The notes under the pieces were generated by a model. It did no database searches. It was not told the origin of the DNA and saw only the letters and a program-made list of their open reading frames with translations. From Rhizodiscina lignyota (Eukaryota), in assembly GCA_010015805.1 (NCBI GenBank), contig ML978126.1, positions 372,001-436,000 on the forward strand: 64,000 nucleotides of DNA, given 5' to 3'. The translations under genes were made by a program, and so were the position numbers. The number at the start of each line of letters is the position of its first letter. Position 1 is the stretch's first letter. Shown in pieces: positions 10,904-22,500 of this stretch.

Positions 10904-12180
10904 CTGTACAAGCATGGACTCTTGAAATTACCCTCTCCCTACGTTCTGTCGCCATCGATCGAGTTCGCAGTGTGTGCAATTGTGCGTAGTTCTACTTGCA
11001 CATCTCTCCGCCACAGAGTTGACACTGTATGTGGAGGCATGCTTTTAGGGTCCAGTGACTTTCTTCACTCGAATTCGCACCGTTACGGCAGCGACTTTCT
11101 TTCTTCGTATTTCTCTCTTCAATGAAGCTTGTACGTCAGATGGAGGCACGCTACTTGAGTCACATCAGGTTCTTCGGTTGGACTCGCACCATAGGCTGAA
11201 ATGTATGTATTACAAATCCTCCAAGTCAAGTTCGAGTCTTCGCCTGGAGGCGGCGACCTTGTTCAATAGCGCTCAGAGTCTACTCACCGCCCTGCGCCGC
11301 TTTGTGAAAATCCAGGCTTACACACATTGGGTCAGATCATAATAGGCTGCCCATTGCTCCATAATAACAACCGAACTGCCTTGCAGAGAGGAGGTGAACG
11401 TCGAAGTCGTGCTGATGCGGCTCCAGTGAGGAACAGATATGGATGACTGAATGCTCTGCAAGGCCCGCCTCAAGACCGGAATTTATATCCCAATCGACTA
11501 AAGCGAAGGTAGGTTACGAAATGAATTTCCTTATTCGCTTTAGAAGCAAGGCGTTGACTTTGAGGTCAAGGCATGTTCGTAGAACACGTGTTCCACCTTT
11601 GCGACGTGGAGGAAGTACATTGGGCTTGGGAAGCCCTTTCCAATGGCTCAGCGCAGCTAACGAACATTGGTTACCATGACAGGAGTGTATTTAATTACGA
11701 CGCAAGCAGCGAATAGTGTTGCCTGTGTCTCTTCCGCTTTGACCGTGCTATGCCCAAGATTGTGCAAGAGTACTTTATGTGCGTTTCTCAGGGCCGCGTT
11801 TGTCCTCCGGAGTGGAACCAGAACGACAGTGCGAAAGTTTCCATTGAAGATTGCCGTATTATGCGATGGGCGAGTCTAAACTGATGCTGGTAGAGCCGGT
11901 AGGTGTAGAGGCGCCAGAGTTACGCCATGGGTTATAGTAGTTAAGCGTCGCCCTTGTCATTCGATACGTCGTTACAATCTGGGAAGATGGTAGAACCCTG
12001 AGAAGTCGTCATACTAAAGAGCAGATCTTAGTTAACCAGGAAAGAGGCTTGAGGGGTTGAAGGGTTAGAGTGATCCGACTCTTGCCAAGAGAGAGATAGA
12101 GACGTCGAGAGTTTGAAGACAAGAATGGCAAGCTTAGCAGCTTGACCAAAAATACAAGAAAGTGAGATGGAACAGTATAT
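10904..12180 (-). ncRNA. Candidate large structured ncRNA, possibly telomerase RNA (ends approximate)
   Basis: No credible ORF between convergent genes; many mutually nested helices whose G-U pairs form only on the minus strand; CUAACCCU at 12068-12061 lies 2 nt from a 9-bp long-range helix. See findings. Confidence 0.5.
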
Positions 12181-12405
12181 GGGAAAATCAATTACTACTT
12201 GAGTGAGTGTGCCTAATTGATATATGAATTCGTGCCTCCATTCAGACTGGGTTTATGATTGCTGCAGCAACTGAGAAGACAGTGGGTCGTAATCTGAGTG
12301 CTGCTTAAGCAACTCTGTTCATGATATGGAAAGATATTCGTTGACATTAGAAAGTAACGTTATAGTATTTTAGTAACATAAGTAGTTGTTTGAAAGCGTG
12401 TTATG

Positions 12406-13713
12406 CTAAATGCGAGCGGATACATCAGGATCAAGCCGTGATGCCTTGTTGAACCACTCTTGAGCATCCTCGAGCTCCCTTTGACGTGCATCTGAACGTC
12501 CTTGTGCTCTTGGGCTGTGGTCAAACTCTGGCGATGTGGTAGCGCCGTTCCCACTGGGAGAATTGCCTTCTTCCATGACAGTTCCTTCAGGTTCTGGCTG
12601 TGGAGACAACAAGTCGGCGAGCCAGAGGGAAATCATACCTCTCAGCTCAAGGAACGTGGCATTATGATCATAAGGGGGCCCTTGCAGGAGGTCATCTAGT
12701 CGCGATGCAATTGCACGAGCTTCTTTCAGTTCGTTAGCTGCAACTCTCTCTAGCCTATCCTGTCTGCTTTCTTGAGTGATGGGTGAGGTCTGAGAGAAGT
12801 GCGAAGAAGTGTCCTCAGGATTTGATCCTATTGGGGGCAAAACCGGGTCAGCCTCCAATTCAATGGCTGCAACAGCTCGTTTCCTTGCTTCTGCCACTTG
12901 ACACAGCCAAGCGCTGAACAGCGCTGGATAGAAGTGTTGAGCTCTGGGGAGGCTCCTGGGCCCGACGTTCCGCAGATTTGGATACTGTACGATGAGGCGT
13001 TCGTAGTAACCCTTGGCAGCCTCGAAGCCTTCTTGGGTATATGAAAACTGTGGAAAATACGGCTTGTCTTCAGGCTCCTCGTCTGAACTTACGCTCGCTG
13101 CGTCATCCTCGACTTCTTCGTTGGATTGTGCAGCATTTTTGGGATTATTGCGCATGAGAATCTCAGCACCTATGCCCCATCTATCGGCACGACGAAGGTC
13201 CATTTCCTGGCCAGTACGTAATAGTAGTGCCCATGCTCTTCCGGCGCGCTCGTAGTCTCCTTCAAGTAGACAGCGATGCATCATTGTGGTCAGGACTGCG
13301 ATGTGATTCTGTCGCAAGCTTGCGTGTACGCTGATGGAGGGAGTGGCATCGTTTCCAACTGCATCTGGATCGGCTGAGGGCACGGCCGGATTATCAGGCT
13401 TCGGAGGTCGCCCTCGTTTTCTTACGTCTTCGGGATAGGTATGAGGGAATGGTCCCGATGGTATGTCTCTGCTTGGAGAAAGACCGGCGGTGCGATATTG
13501 TTCTGCTTGGTTTGCTGTTAGGCTGGTTATGCCCAAGGAAGATCCCCGCGACAATTGAGCAGTAGCATCTTCGCCAATCGCATCACTCTCGTGTGAATAC
13601 TCTTCTTCCTCAGCCTGGCCTCTCTTCCGCTTGCGATGCGTGTTTGTAGGCCGCGACATCTGTCTTGAAGGGGCGGTCCGGTGAGGGAGCTGGAAGTGGT
13701 GAGCGGAAGGCAT
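12406..13713 (-). CDS. RRN11: Probable RNA polymerase I initiation factor Rrn11-like protein
   Basis: 435-aa ORF; HIAVLTTMMHRCLLEGDYERAGRAWALLLR, RWGIGAEILMR and GFEAAKGYYERLIVQYP resemble filamentous-fungal Rrn11 as recalled, not searched; basic NLS-like RKRKR. Confidence 0.6.
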   Translation of the reverse strand: MPSAHHFQLPHRTAPSRQMSRPTNTHRKRKRGQAEEEEYSHESDAIGEDATAQLSRGSSLGITSLTANQAEQYRTAGLSPSRDIPSGPFPHTYPEDVRKRGRPPKPDNPAVPSADPDAVGNDATPSISVHASLRQNHIAVLTTMMHRCLLEGDYERAGRAWALLLRTGQEMDLRRADRWGIGAEILMRNNPKNAAQSNEEVEDDAASVSSDEEPEDKPYFPQFSYTQEGFEAAKGYYERLIVQYPNLRNVGPRSLPRAQHFYPALFSAWLCQVAEARKRAVAAIELEADPVLPPIGSNPEDTSSHFSQTSPITQESRQDRLERVAANELKEARAIASRLDDLLQGPPYDHNATFLELRGMISLWLADLLSPQPEPEGTVMEEGNSPSGNGATTSPEFDHSPRAQGRSDARQRELEDAQEWFNKASRLDPDVSARI

Positions 13714-14276
13714 CGGCGGTGGCCTTCGGTTCGACTGAAGGGTGGCGATGACGACCTCACACCACTCGCCAATTCAGCTCGTTGCTGCTGCTAGAACGTT
13801 ATCCGCTTCTGTCAAGCGCAATGGATTGTGGTATAGCGCGTGGGATTCTGATTCTGCGATGGTACCTAGGCCGGCTGGCTGTTTCGAAGTCGCGGACGGG
13901 TGTCGAATGGGAGACGCGTGTTTGCGAGTTTGCTCAGCAGGCCCAGGAAGTGGCGGTAGTTATAGTGTCCCGCAGGGCTGGTGGAGCTGAGCGACCCACG
14001 TGCATGGCACACTGCAGAATCGGGAGCGGGCGTGGATCTCGGTCGACACTTTAAGGCACGCCCTGGACCGTTTGGGATGCGTATGCCAAGGCCAAGGCAG
14101 TTCGGGCGCTACCCTGCCTGTCCTGGATTGCAGCAAGTCACGCTCCAACCAACAACCAACACAGCCGCGCCAACATCACTGCACCGCAGCCTGCCACCTC
14201 CACCCCTCTGACTTGTCTTCTACTCCCCAAAGTCATTCATTTTGCTATTTCTCCGACTGACTGACACCGACTCATC

Positions 14277-16516
14277 ATGGGTCAGGCCGCGTCGAGGAGC
14301 CAGACTGCTCCGACGCCTCCGTCGCGAAGGCGGCGCGAGCGCCTATCCACCCTCTTCACCTCTCAGCCCAGCACTGAGGCAGAATCTTCCAGCTCCTCCC
14401 GTGAAGCTCTCTCACGGCGGAGGAGCAGCCTGATGGATCCGTTTATTCGCCTCAGAGACGACCTGAGCCTTCAAAACCACAGCGATACTCCCTCCTTACG
14501 CTCTCGTATCCGTCGACCGAGATTGAGCACCATATCCGACTCCGTCTCGCGCCACATGCCCATTCGAAGAGGTACTCGCCGAGGCTCGACTTCCGCATCA
14601 GCGACTCGCACATCTCCCTCATCCGACAACTCAGATCCCTTCTATCTTGACGAGAACCCGAGATATCTATTACCGAGCGTTGATGTGCCAGAACTGACCT
14701 TGGATATGGACGATCTGACTGGTGAAGGCGACTCTGGTGCCAGAGGTTCAAGCAGGAGATCTGCGCTTCGTCCCGCTTCTTCTTTATCTGATCGCTTCTC
14801 CTCATTACGGCCCGACAGGGGTATACGCAATATGACGAGCTCTCTGAGACGGAGACGCTCGCCTCTATCACGGGACGAAGACCAAGCAGCAATGCTATCA
14901 AGACTTCTCTCCGTCGCTGCAGCTGCGACTGCGGCTACCCTGATGGGCGGTGATCAGCGCGCAGTATCGGAAGCTAGGAGCATATCTGGAGATGGTGAGG
15001 ATGGTACATTCGAGAGTTTTTTGCGAGCTCTGCAGAGTGGAAGGATAGCAGCAGCACTTAGACAAAGTGGAAGCGAGAACAACGACGATCCGGATGGTGA
15101 AGGTAATCCAGCTGCTCCACTCAACTTCTTCCGAATGTTTCGATTTGGATCATCAGGTGTGAGTGGACGCAACGACGAGACCCGCAATTCGTCGAGCAGG
15201 CCAGGCAGCAATACTGGAATGGGCAGAGGCAACAACAACTCTGAAGATGGTACAGATGGACGGATGGTGCCAATAATAATCGTCGGAATTCGTTCAATCA
15301 GTCCCGGAGCCCAGGAGGAGAACAACATGCCTCCATTCTTGGATGCTCTTTCGAGCTTTCCAAACACTCTCGCTTCACCGAGTGATGTCACCATTGATGG
15401 ATTGATGCGGCAACCACAGCACGGTACACGCATAACTCACAGGAGACGAGCATCGATGGGAGGTCTCGGCACCTTCCCGGCAAACTATGATAGCCAGAGA
15501 CATCATCGCACCCCGGAACGTCCACGTCCTTTATCAACGACATCAGACAGTCCCTCAGGTCCACGACCTCCTCCATCTACCCCTGCAAGTGCCGGCTTGT
15601 CTGCATTCTCGTCAGGCACGACTACTCCCACCACCACCACTCCCGTCAGTCCTTCTCTCATCCCTCAAGCCGACATGAATTCGAGACGTTCGAGCTTTGC
15701 TCCTCGAACTGCCCTCTCTGGCCTGGACACTCCCGTGGAGGAGCCGTCAACGCAACAGAGGCCAGCTAGACAAAGGCGAAGAAGGAGTGAGTCGGACTTC
15801 TCCACATTTGGAGCGGGATCGTCAAGGCGCAACGGCGTTGTTGGACCGGATGCACCTACCGACTCAGGAAGTGAAGGCTCAAGGAGCTGGATCATCTATG
15901 TTCTAGGTGGGAGCTATCCGGAGAACCACCCTATCCTTACCACTCCAAGCCTATTCACCGACTCACCGACTTATGAAGACATGCTGCTTCTATCCGCATT
16001 GCTTGGCCCTGCAAAACCACCAGTTGCCAGTGAAGCTGATGTAGCATCCGCGCCTGGCCTGCTCACCATCACAGGCACTCACGGTAATCTCGTAGCTGTG
16101 CCTGCAGAGGGACACCCTGATGCAGGCGATATGACTCTCGCTCTTGCTGTCGGTGAGCGCTGCCTCGTGTGCTTGTGCGACTTCGAAGCCGGTGAGGAGG
16201 CGAGGAAGTTGGTCAAGTGTGGGCACTTATTCCACAGATTATGCATCGACCAGGTAAGTCAAACGCTTCACATCAACATGCGGCTCGGCAGAGTTTTGTT
16301 CAAGATTTCATTTCAATATCAATGTTCTCGCGCGAGTCATGGACTGATGATCTGACGTATAACTTGCAGTGGCTTACCACGGGCCGTAACTCATGTCCCC
16401 TCTGTCGAGGACAGGGTGTCGATGAGAAGTCTTCCGACACGCAGGCACAGTCAAGGCCCGGGGACCCGCCGCCCCCCGCTGCCTCAAACGAAACCCTAGC
16501 AACAGATATTAGTTAG
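14277..16516 (+). CDS. RING-H2 E3 ubiquitin ligase with long disordered N-terminus, 2 exons
   Basis: CLVCLCDF..KCGHLFHRLCIDQ|WLTTGRNSCPLCR after intron 16254-16369; conserved-looking WIIYVLGGSYPENHPILTTPSLFTDSPTYEDMLLLS block; MGQAAS N-terminus. Confidence 0.9.
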
Positions 16517-19500
16517 CAATCCTTTGGATGCCCAGCCCCAATAGCACCTCCACCATCGCGGATCCCATGATCCTCTACCATCATACTAAAAAATACCCAC
16601 GACGGCCTCTCACATACTCTTTTGCCGCAACAAGCGCACATCGTTGTGATACCCAATCTACCACCTGGGCATGAGCGAACGGATAATCGGATTCGGAATC
16701 GACTCGGGTTTTTGCAATTGCGATTACAAGGAATAACGATTATGGTTTTTAACTCTTGGACTGCCATCTTTCTTGAGGCGCAAGCAAATTGTACTTACTC
16801 TCTTTCGTTTCTTCGAGCGGTTCAAATGACAACAATGAGCATGACACTGCAACGAAAGTTTTGGTTTCCACCTATCTTTCCCTTTTCCGGTCCTGTGTCA
16901 AGTGCTGTACCCTGACGGATGGTGACTAGGCTCCGCCGCGTTTCCTAATTCCGCGACACAGGTGATCTGAAACATATTCCAGTGGAACTGACGCCGCTCT
17001 CCGCTCCATCCTCCTTCGCGCAAGGATCCAGATAAGCCGGGGCGAAAAGTCTATCTTCCAGACCTCGCAACCTTTCCTTCCTCCCAGGTCGTACAATGTC
17101 CAGTATTCTCTCAACTAGTCCTTCAGATTCTCGTAGGCTGTTTGACGTGCGCATCGCAACAATGTTACCTTCCACCGTCCGCATACACCTGCCCCCATGG
17201 CGGCTGCTTGCGCGACGCTTTCCTCGTACGGGCGTATGAACACGAGCAGTGTTTTCAGCTTTCAATCGTTGAGACTGTAGTTACAATTTTTCCGACGTTC
17301 TAGAAACTCGAGAGAACAGCTGTCCTTATCGGCACATTTCCTTTCTTGGCACGTGAACGTTCCTCTTTGGATTTTCTCAACTGCCGTTTTGTTCTTTTCA
17401 GCAAGCTGAATCCGTTCATATACATGCAACACTGCACTCGGCGTTTTACTCCTCCCCGGCGCCGAAAGAAGAGAAGAGACGCGACCACGGCAGTCGCATT
17501 TGTCGAGCGTTCCATCGCGCCGTCCTGTCCGCGCGCGGCGTCGCGCACGGTATGCCCGCTGCCTGCAGAAGACGCTCGCGGCATGGGCAAGGCGTGCTCT
17601 GTTTCTGAACTGTGGAGCGGCGGAGCCTGGGCCCTGGGCCAGCTGTGACGGCATGTCCGTTGTAAGGCAGGGCGTTCCAGATGGGCGCACAGTGGGTCTC
17701 ATCGCGGGTCATGCAAAAAAAGTGGCACTGGGCGGGCGTGCGGATAACGGCGGCGGAATAATGTGCAGCTGCTCGCGCATTCTTTTTTTCCCCTTCGCGG
17801 CGGTGTGTGTCCCCATTCAGCCGGCAATGGGTTGTGCCAAAATGGAATGGACAAGGTGGAGCGGATTTGAACTGGGGGTCTGGTCCTGGTCCGTAGTCCC
17901 TGCGACACATCAGGGGAGGGCTCTGCTGGAACCTCGAGGGGGAGCGCTGTCAGAATGCAGGGACGAGGTCCCATGGGTCATGGGCAATGGCGGGAGGCCA
18001 AAATGAAGATTTGAATGCCAGATGCGTTAGGGATAATGGTAAAGATGGTGAACGATAATGGATGGCGGGCGTAGGTGTACACAGTCCACTACGAACAACA
18101 TACTATTTAGTATGATGATCGACGTAAATATTTATATTTTAAGCGTCAAGTCTGATAGGTAATTATATCATTAGGGCGTTTTCGTCTGCCCTCTTTGAGA
18201 GTTGTTTAGATTCCTACTCGTATATATTGCTCCATATCTCGTGTCTGGAGGCGGACGAATTGATGCGCAACGCGAGTAATGGTACCCGGCAAGAAATCTG
18301 TGTTCAGGCGCCGCACATGAATCAAAATGCAATAAGTCCAGAGCTATCCGAAATCACCACCATATGATGATCCCAGACTCTGCTACTGTCTTCCGAAATA
18401 CCAAGTTACCAACTATGTACACTCGCCACGGTGCTTCCACAAAGCAACTTCAGAGGTGGTTCTGTTGCATCAGCATGGACTTGCCGTCCGAGCACTGCAA
18501 CGCATAAACATCTCATCTTAACTACACCGACAACTGTTATGCCAGAAAGAAGATAGTGAAGGCAGATCTCTCGGGCGAATAAGACGAATCTGGAATTCTG
18601 CCGGATTTGGCTTTATTCCTCGACTGAATTGCAACGTCGTGATCCTCTTTCCAGGCCTATCCTTGCCCAGTGACTGCTGTATCTGGAAAAACAGCTGATA
18701 TGCTTTGCTCTGGTTGGATTGTTCGACAGCGAGCTATGTACTAATGAGTTGGTATCTGCCAAGAATTGTAAGTCAACGATTCTCAACTGAGATGTGGTCC
18801 TTGCATTATTGTCGTTTTAGTTCGGCATCGTAGTCAGATAGACTCAGTTCGAATCCAGCTTTTTCTGATATGCTTGCATGTAATAAAACAAATGGAAAAA
18901 GTTTATGCAAAGCGGCTGTATTTGCTTGCACAATTCGAGTGACATGACCAGGAAAGCCTTCTAGTAATTGGACATAACCAGTGAATGCGAAGAATTGCCA
19001 GCATTGGGGTGGGAAGGTGAGGTTGATGAGCTCCACGAAATGTCTGTCATACTTGACAGAGCTTACCTCATTATTGCCGCCGTAGCCCACAGTCACATAT
19101 TGGTCTCACATCCACGACTGTCAATCGCACACTAGCTGGAGGTATGGTGTCTGGAGCTTTACTGGTGAAAGAGATTGTCTTTCGTTATTGCCCTCCCTAG
19201 CAGAAGATAACTTTCCGCAGGACCGATTGGCAAACCGCGTTTATCATACAGGCGGGTGACACGGCAAAGTCGTAGATCGTATCTGTCCAGGCTCTGCCGT
19301 AGCTGGAAGAATGAGAGTGGATACAATACATTTTGACGAGCACCACCAATAGCAGAGTCGCGAATGATGAATGTTGCCAAGCAGCGTTGGAGGAGGAATC
19401 GTATCTCTGACACTTCGAGGGTGAATTACTGAGCAATCATCCAGAGCACACGTCGTGCGAATGATCACGAGAACAAGTATCGAGACTCGATTCCCTGCAC

Positions 19501-22500
19501 CATTCATCAGCCCTTTGTGGAATCGTGATAGCAAGTTGCCTGAAAATGGAAAGCTGATCATTTCCTGCAGCCGCGCAGAACTTCCTTCAGCAGCTCAGCC
19601 GCGGAGATTCTGAACGCGGACGATAATTCGTAAATGCTGCTGCTCAACCATTCCACTGTACCCGCTGATACGTCTTGTTCAGCGCCTGCGAGGTCCATCG
19701 ACGATAATAGGTGTCCACAACGTCCTGCGAACAGGCTGATCATTGCCTGTTACGCCACACTGCATTGCAGCGTGGAAGTGCTTCGATGATTGGCAGTGCA
19801 GCTATGGCAGCGCAGATTGCTTTCGTACTCGTTGGATGCATGCTTTCTGAATCAAGGCATCAGCCGCACGAATTCAGACATGCAGGGCATTGTGACAGCT
19901 CGCGCCCCAAAAGCAGACAATGCCATTCATGAAGTTGGGCTGATGTCGATGTTGTTCATACAGTGCAGGTCACACCTCAACGACAGCTGCAGCCAGCGGA
20001 GCACAACACAAGCGGAAAGTTAGACGCCTCTAGCGCGGCTTGTCCATGCTTCGCCCTGCAACTATTCGAGGAAAATACATATCCATCAGCCTAGTAGTTT
20101 AGTTTTCCGGGCGTTCACCCACGCCAAGCCCAGGTTCCAATTTGCAATTGCGGGTGCTACCGGTCCCTGTGCCGCGGGTCCTCTACAGTCGACCGGGTGC
20201 TGATGTTAGTGCGGGAGGTGGTGAATAGCGATAACTGCGGGAGAGGAAGAGGAACCGTGCACAATCGCAAATGACCTCATTATCTGTCTGATGAGGTATT
20301 TTGTGAGTGCAATCTCACAATTTGATAAGCTGTCTCGCAATGTCTCGCAATCATTCTCGCAGACTTGGGAAAAGTCTAAATGGCAGGAAGAACGGCACTC
20401 GGCCACGTGGGTTTGGATCGTCCGACATGTATGTACCTGCTGTCATGCTACATATGCAGACTTGTTTGGTTCAGAATGTCTTGGGCGACGATCCGGAATT
20501 TAGAGTACCGTTGGTCCTGTCGGGAGTTGAGGGAGGACGACAACTGCGGAGACCTCATGGGTGTTGCAGGAGTGCTAAAATTGAGCCTGACCACGACCAT
20601 GATTTCCAAGATTTGGTATATTTGGCCAATGCCGGGGCCAATAATACCGTTGAGCGGCGCATAACAATAAATGATGAGTAGCCTCCGTGTGCTGACTGCT
20701 AGCGCGTGGAAGAAATGGCGTAATATGAGCAAGATGAACACTTTCCGATCGCAATGAAATGGCCGAAGTGGGCGAGGACGATGACACGGAGTGGGAATGC
20801 CGGCCAAGAGGGCGCATGATACTCGATTGAGCAGATGACAGGCTAAGGAGGCCTTGTGGAGACCGTCGACGTGCAGCTTTGGGAGTTCCACGAAAAAGGA
20901 TAGACATGGCACATTTGGCGCCATGAGCACGGCGCAACGGTTCCTGCTGCTAGATGGCCAGATCCGGGTGGTGGGCTCGTCCTGTCCTAGGATCAAGCAT
21001 GTAAGGCACGTGGTAAGGCACCGAGGAAAGGCAGAGATGTGGTGGGAGATGTCAGAGTTACGGCAGCTGCAGGCGGACGGCCTGTGTGGGGAAGAGGCAG
21101 GGAAGGGAGGTCGAGCAGTCGAGGTACGTGCAGAGTGGAAGGGGGAGGAGTAACGCTAGAGAGCAACTAGAAGGCGTTGGAAGGCTTACCGGTTTGTCTC
21201 ACTTCTTGTCCATCTCATGCCGCGGATTATGCAGGTGGTGCTGCCTGTGTCGAATAATGTGCTTGCATGCCTCCCAGCTCCGCCAAATCAGTCTCCTCCA
21301 CAACTGCCGCAATTCATCCATGCAGGAGGGCAAACCCTTCATTCTGTGTGCGGTCTGATTGATACTCCACACTCTACGTGAGTGGCGTCAGCGCAGTTAG
21401 CCCAGACTAATCTGGCCTACGATTTTACGGCCGGCGTCGATTTCGAACGGATGATCGCTGGATGGAAGCAGCCGGAAACTCGGAGCTAGTAGTTCTTGGG
21501 CATCGAGTCGCTATTCGCTGTGGAGCAGGTGCGCGCTGCGAAAAAGAAATAGCCTGGAGGATCCCGTGGATCGGGATTGGATGACGCACAGCATTTCCCG
21601 CCAGCGATTGACAAGTTGATATTAACTTTTCTCGTGCTAGGCGCTCATCAATGCACGGAAGCAGCCGCCGAAAATGCAGATCGCAGCACCTCGCAGCTTG
21701 ATGGACGGTGGTAAGAAAGCATGAGAAATCCTGCTCTCTTGTCAATGTGACAATGCCCAAGTGGTATCACCGCCGTCATCGAGCGTTCCAAATGTAGCCC
21801 AATGTGGCATCAGTATGTCGCCGCACTGACGGTCCTGTTTCGTTAAGGTTTACGGAAGGGGGGCTCGCGGTCGACGTTGTTTGGGCTTCAGGTTGCACCT
21901 AGGTCCTAGCAAACCCTGACAGCCACCAGCTCGAAGGGCTGTACTGTGGTACCACACAATTCGCCCTGGACGGCGCGGGAGCATCCAGAGTGGCGCCATT
22001 TTGGCAAGGAGAATCAGAGCGTTTTCAGCCAGCGACGTGACTGGCTGGACAGGAGTGCATGCGTGCCGGCTGAGCTCAGAGCAGCACGTCTCCTACCTTA
22101 ACCCATGGCTATCGTGAATCATCCGCTGGGGGCCGTCAAGCCATTCCGGAGCTTCACACAGGGCGCGCGCATCGAGCCCATACTTGCGCCATATGGAGGA
22201 TTGATGAGACACTGCGCGCATTTGGCGGAGAAATGCGCTTCATAAATTTTCCATCTTGCGGACGGCAGTGATTGGCAACGATGGCGCAAGCACGAACGGT
22301 TTGAGGTCTGAGGTAAACTGGTTAGCATGGTGTTTGAGGAAGCCAATGCACGTCCGGCCATGCATGCCCGCACCACTCCACTCCTCGTAACTCGCCCCCG
22401 AGAGCGCTGCGCATGATCACCAGTCCGTCTGCTCAGGAGAGCGAGGATACAGCTCTGCTTGCTCAGCAGCCATGTTCCCCGTCGCGGTGGAGAGGGTGGT

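Noticed and set aside
12366..12410. Plus-strand ATTTTAG..ATAAGT..GCTAAA resembling the Neurospora-type telomerase RNA 3' signal
   Set aside because: Wrong strand relative to the template and G-U evidence; no plus-strand template upstream; lies in the AT-rich RRN11 3' flank.
17262..18006. Overlapping 90-170 aa ORFs in a GC-rich block
   Set aside because: Present in many frames with Arg/Ala/Pro-rich composition and no motifs; expected from GC content.
18111..18157. ATGATGA...CTGA box C/D-like pair
   Set aside because: Only about 45 nt, with an AT-only interior and no recognisable rRNA guide.
20331..20361. TGTCTCGCAA tandem duplication; similar 11-bp micro-repeats near 27200-27233 and 45564-45593
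   Set aside because: Only 2-3 copies without spacers; simple slippage, not a CRISPR-like array.
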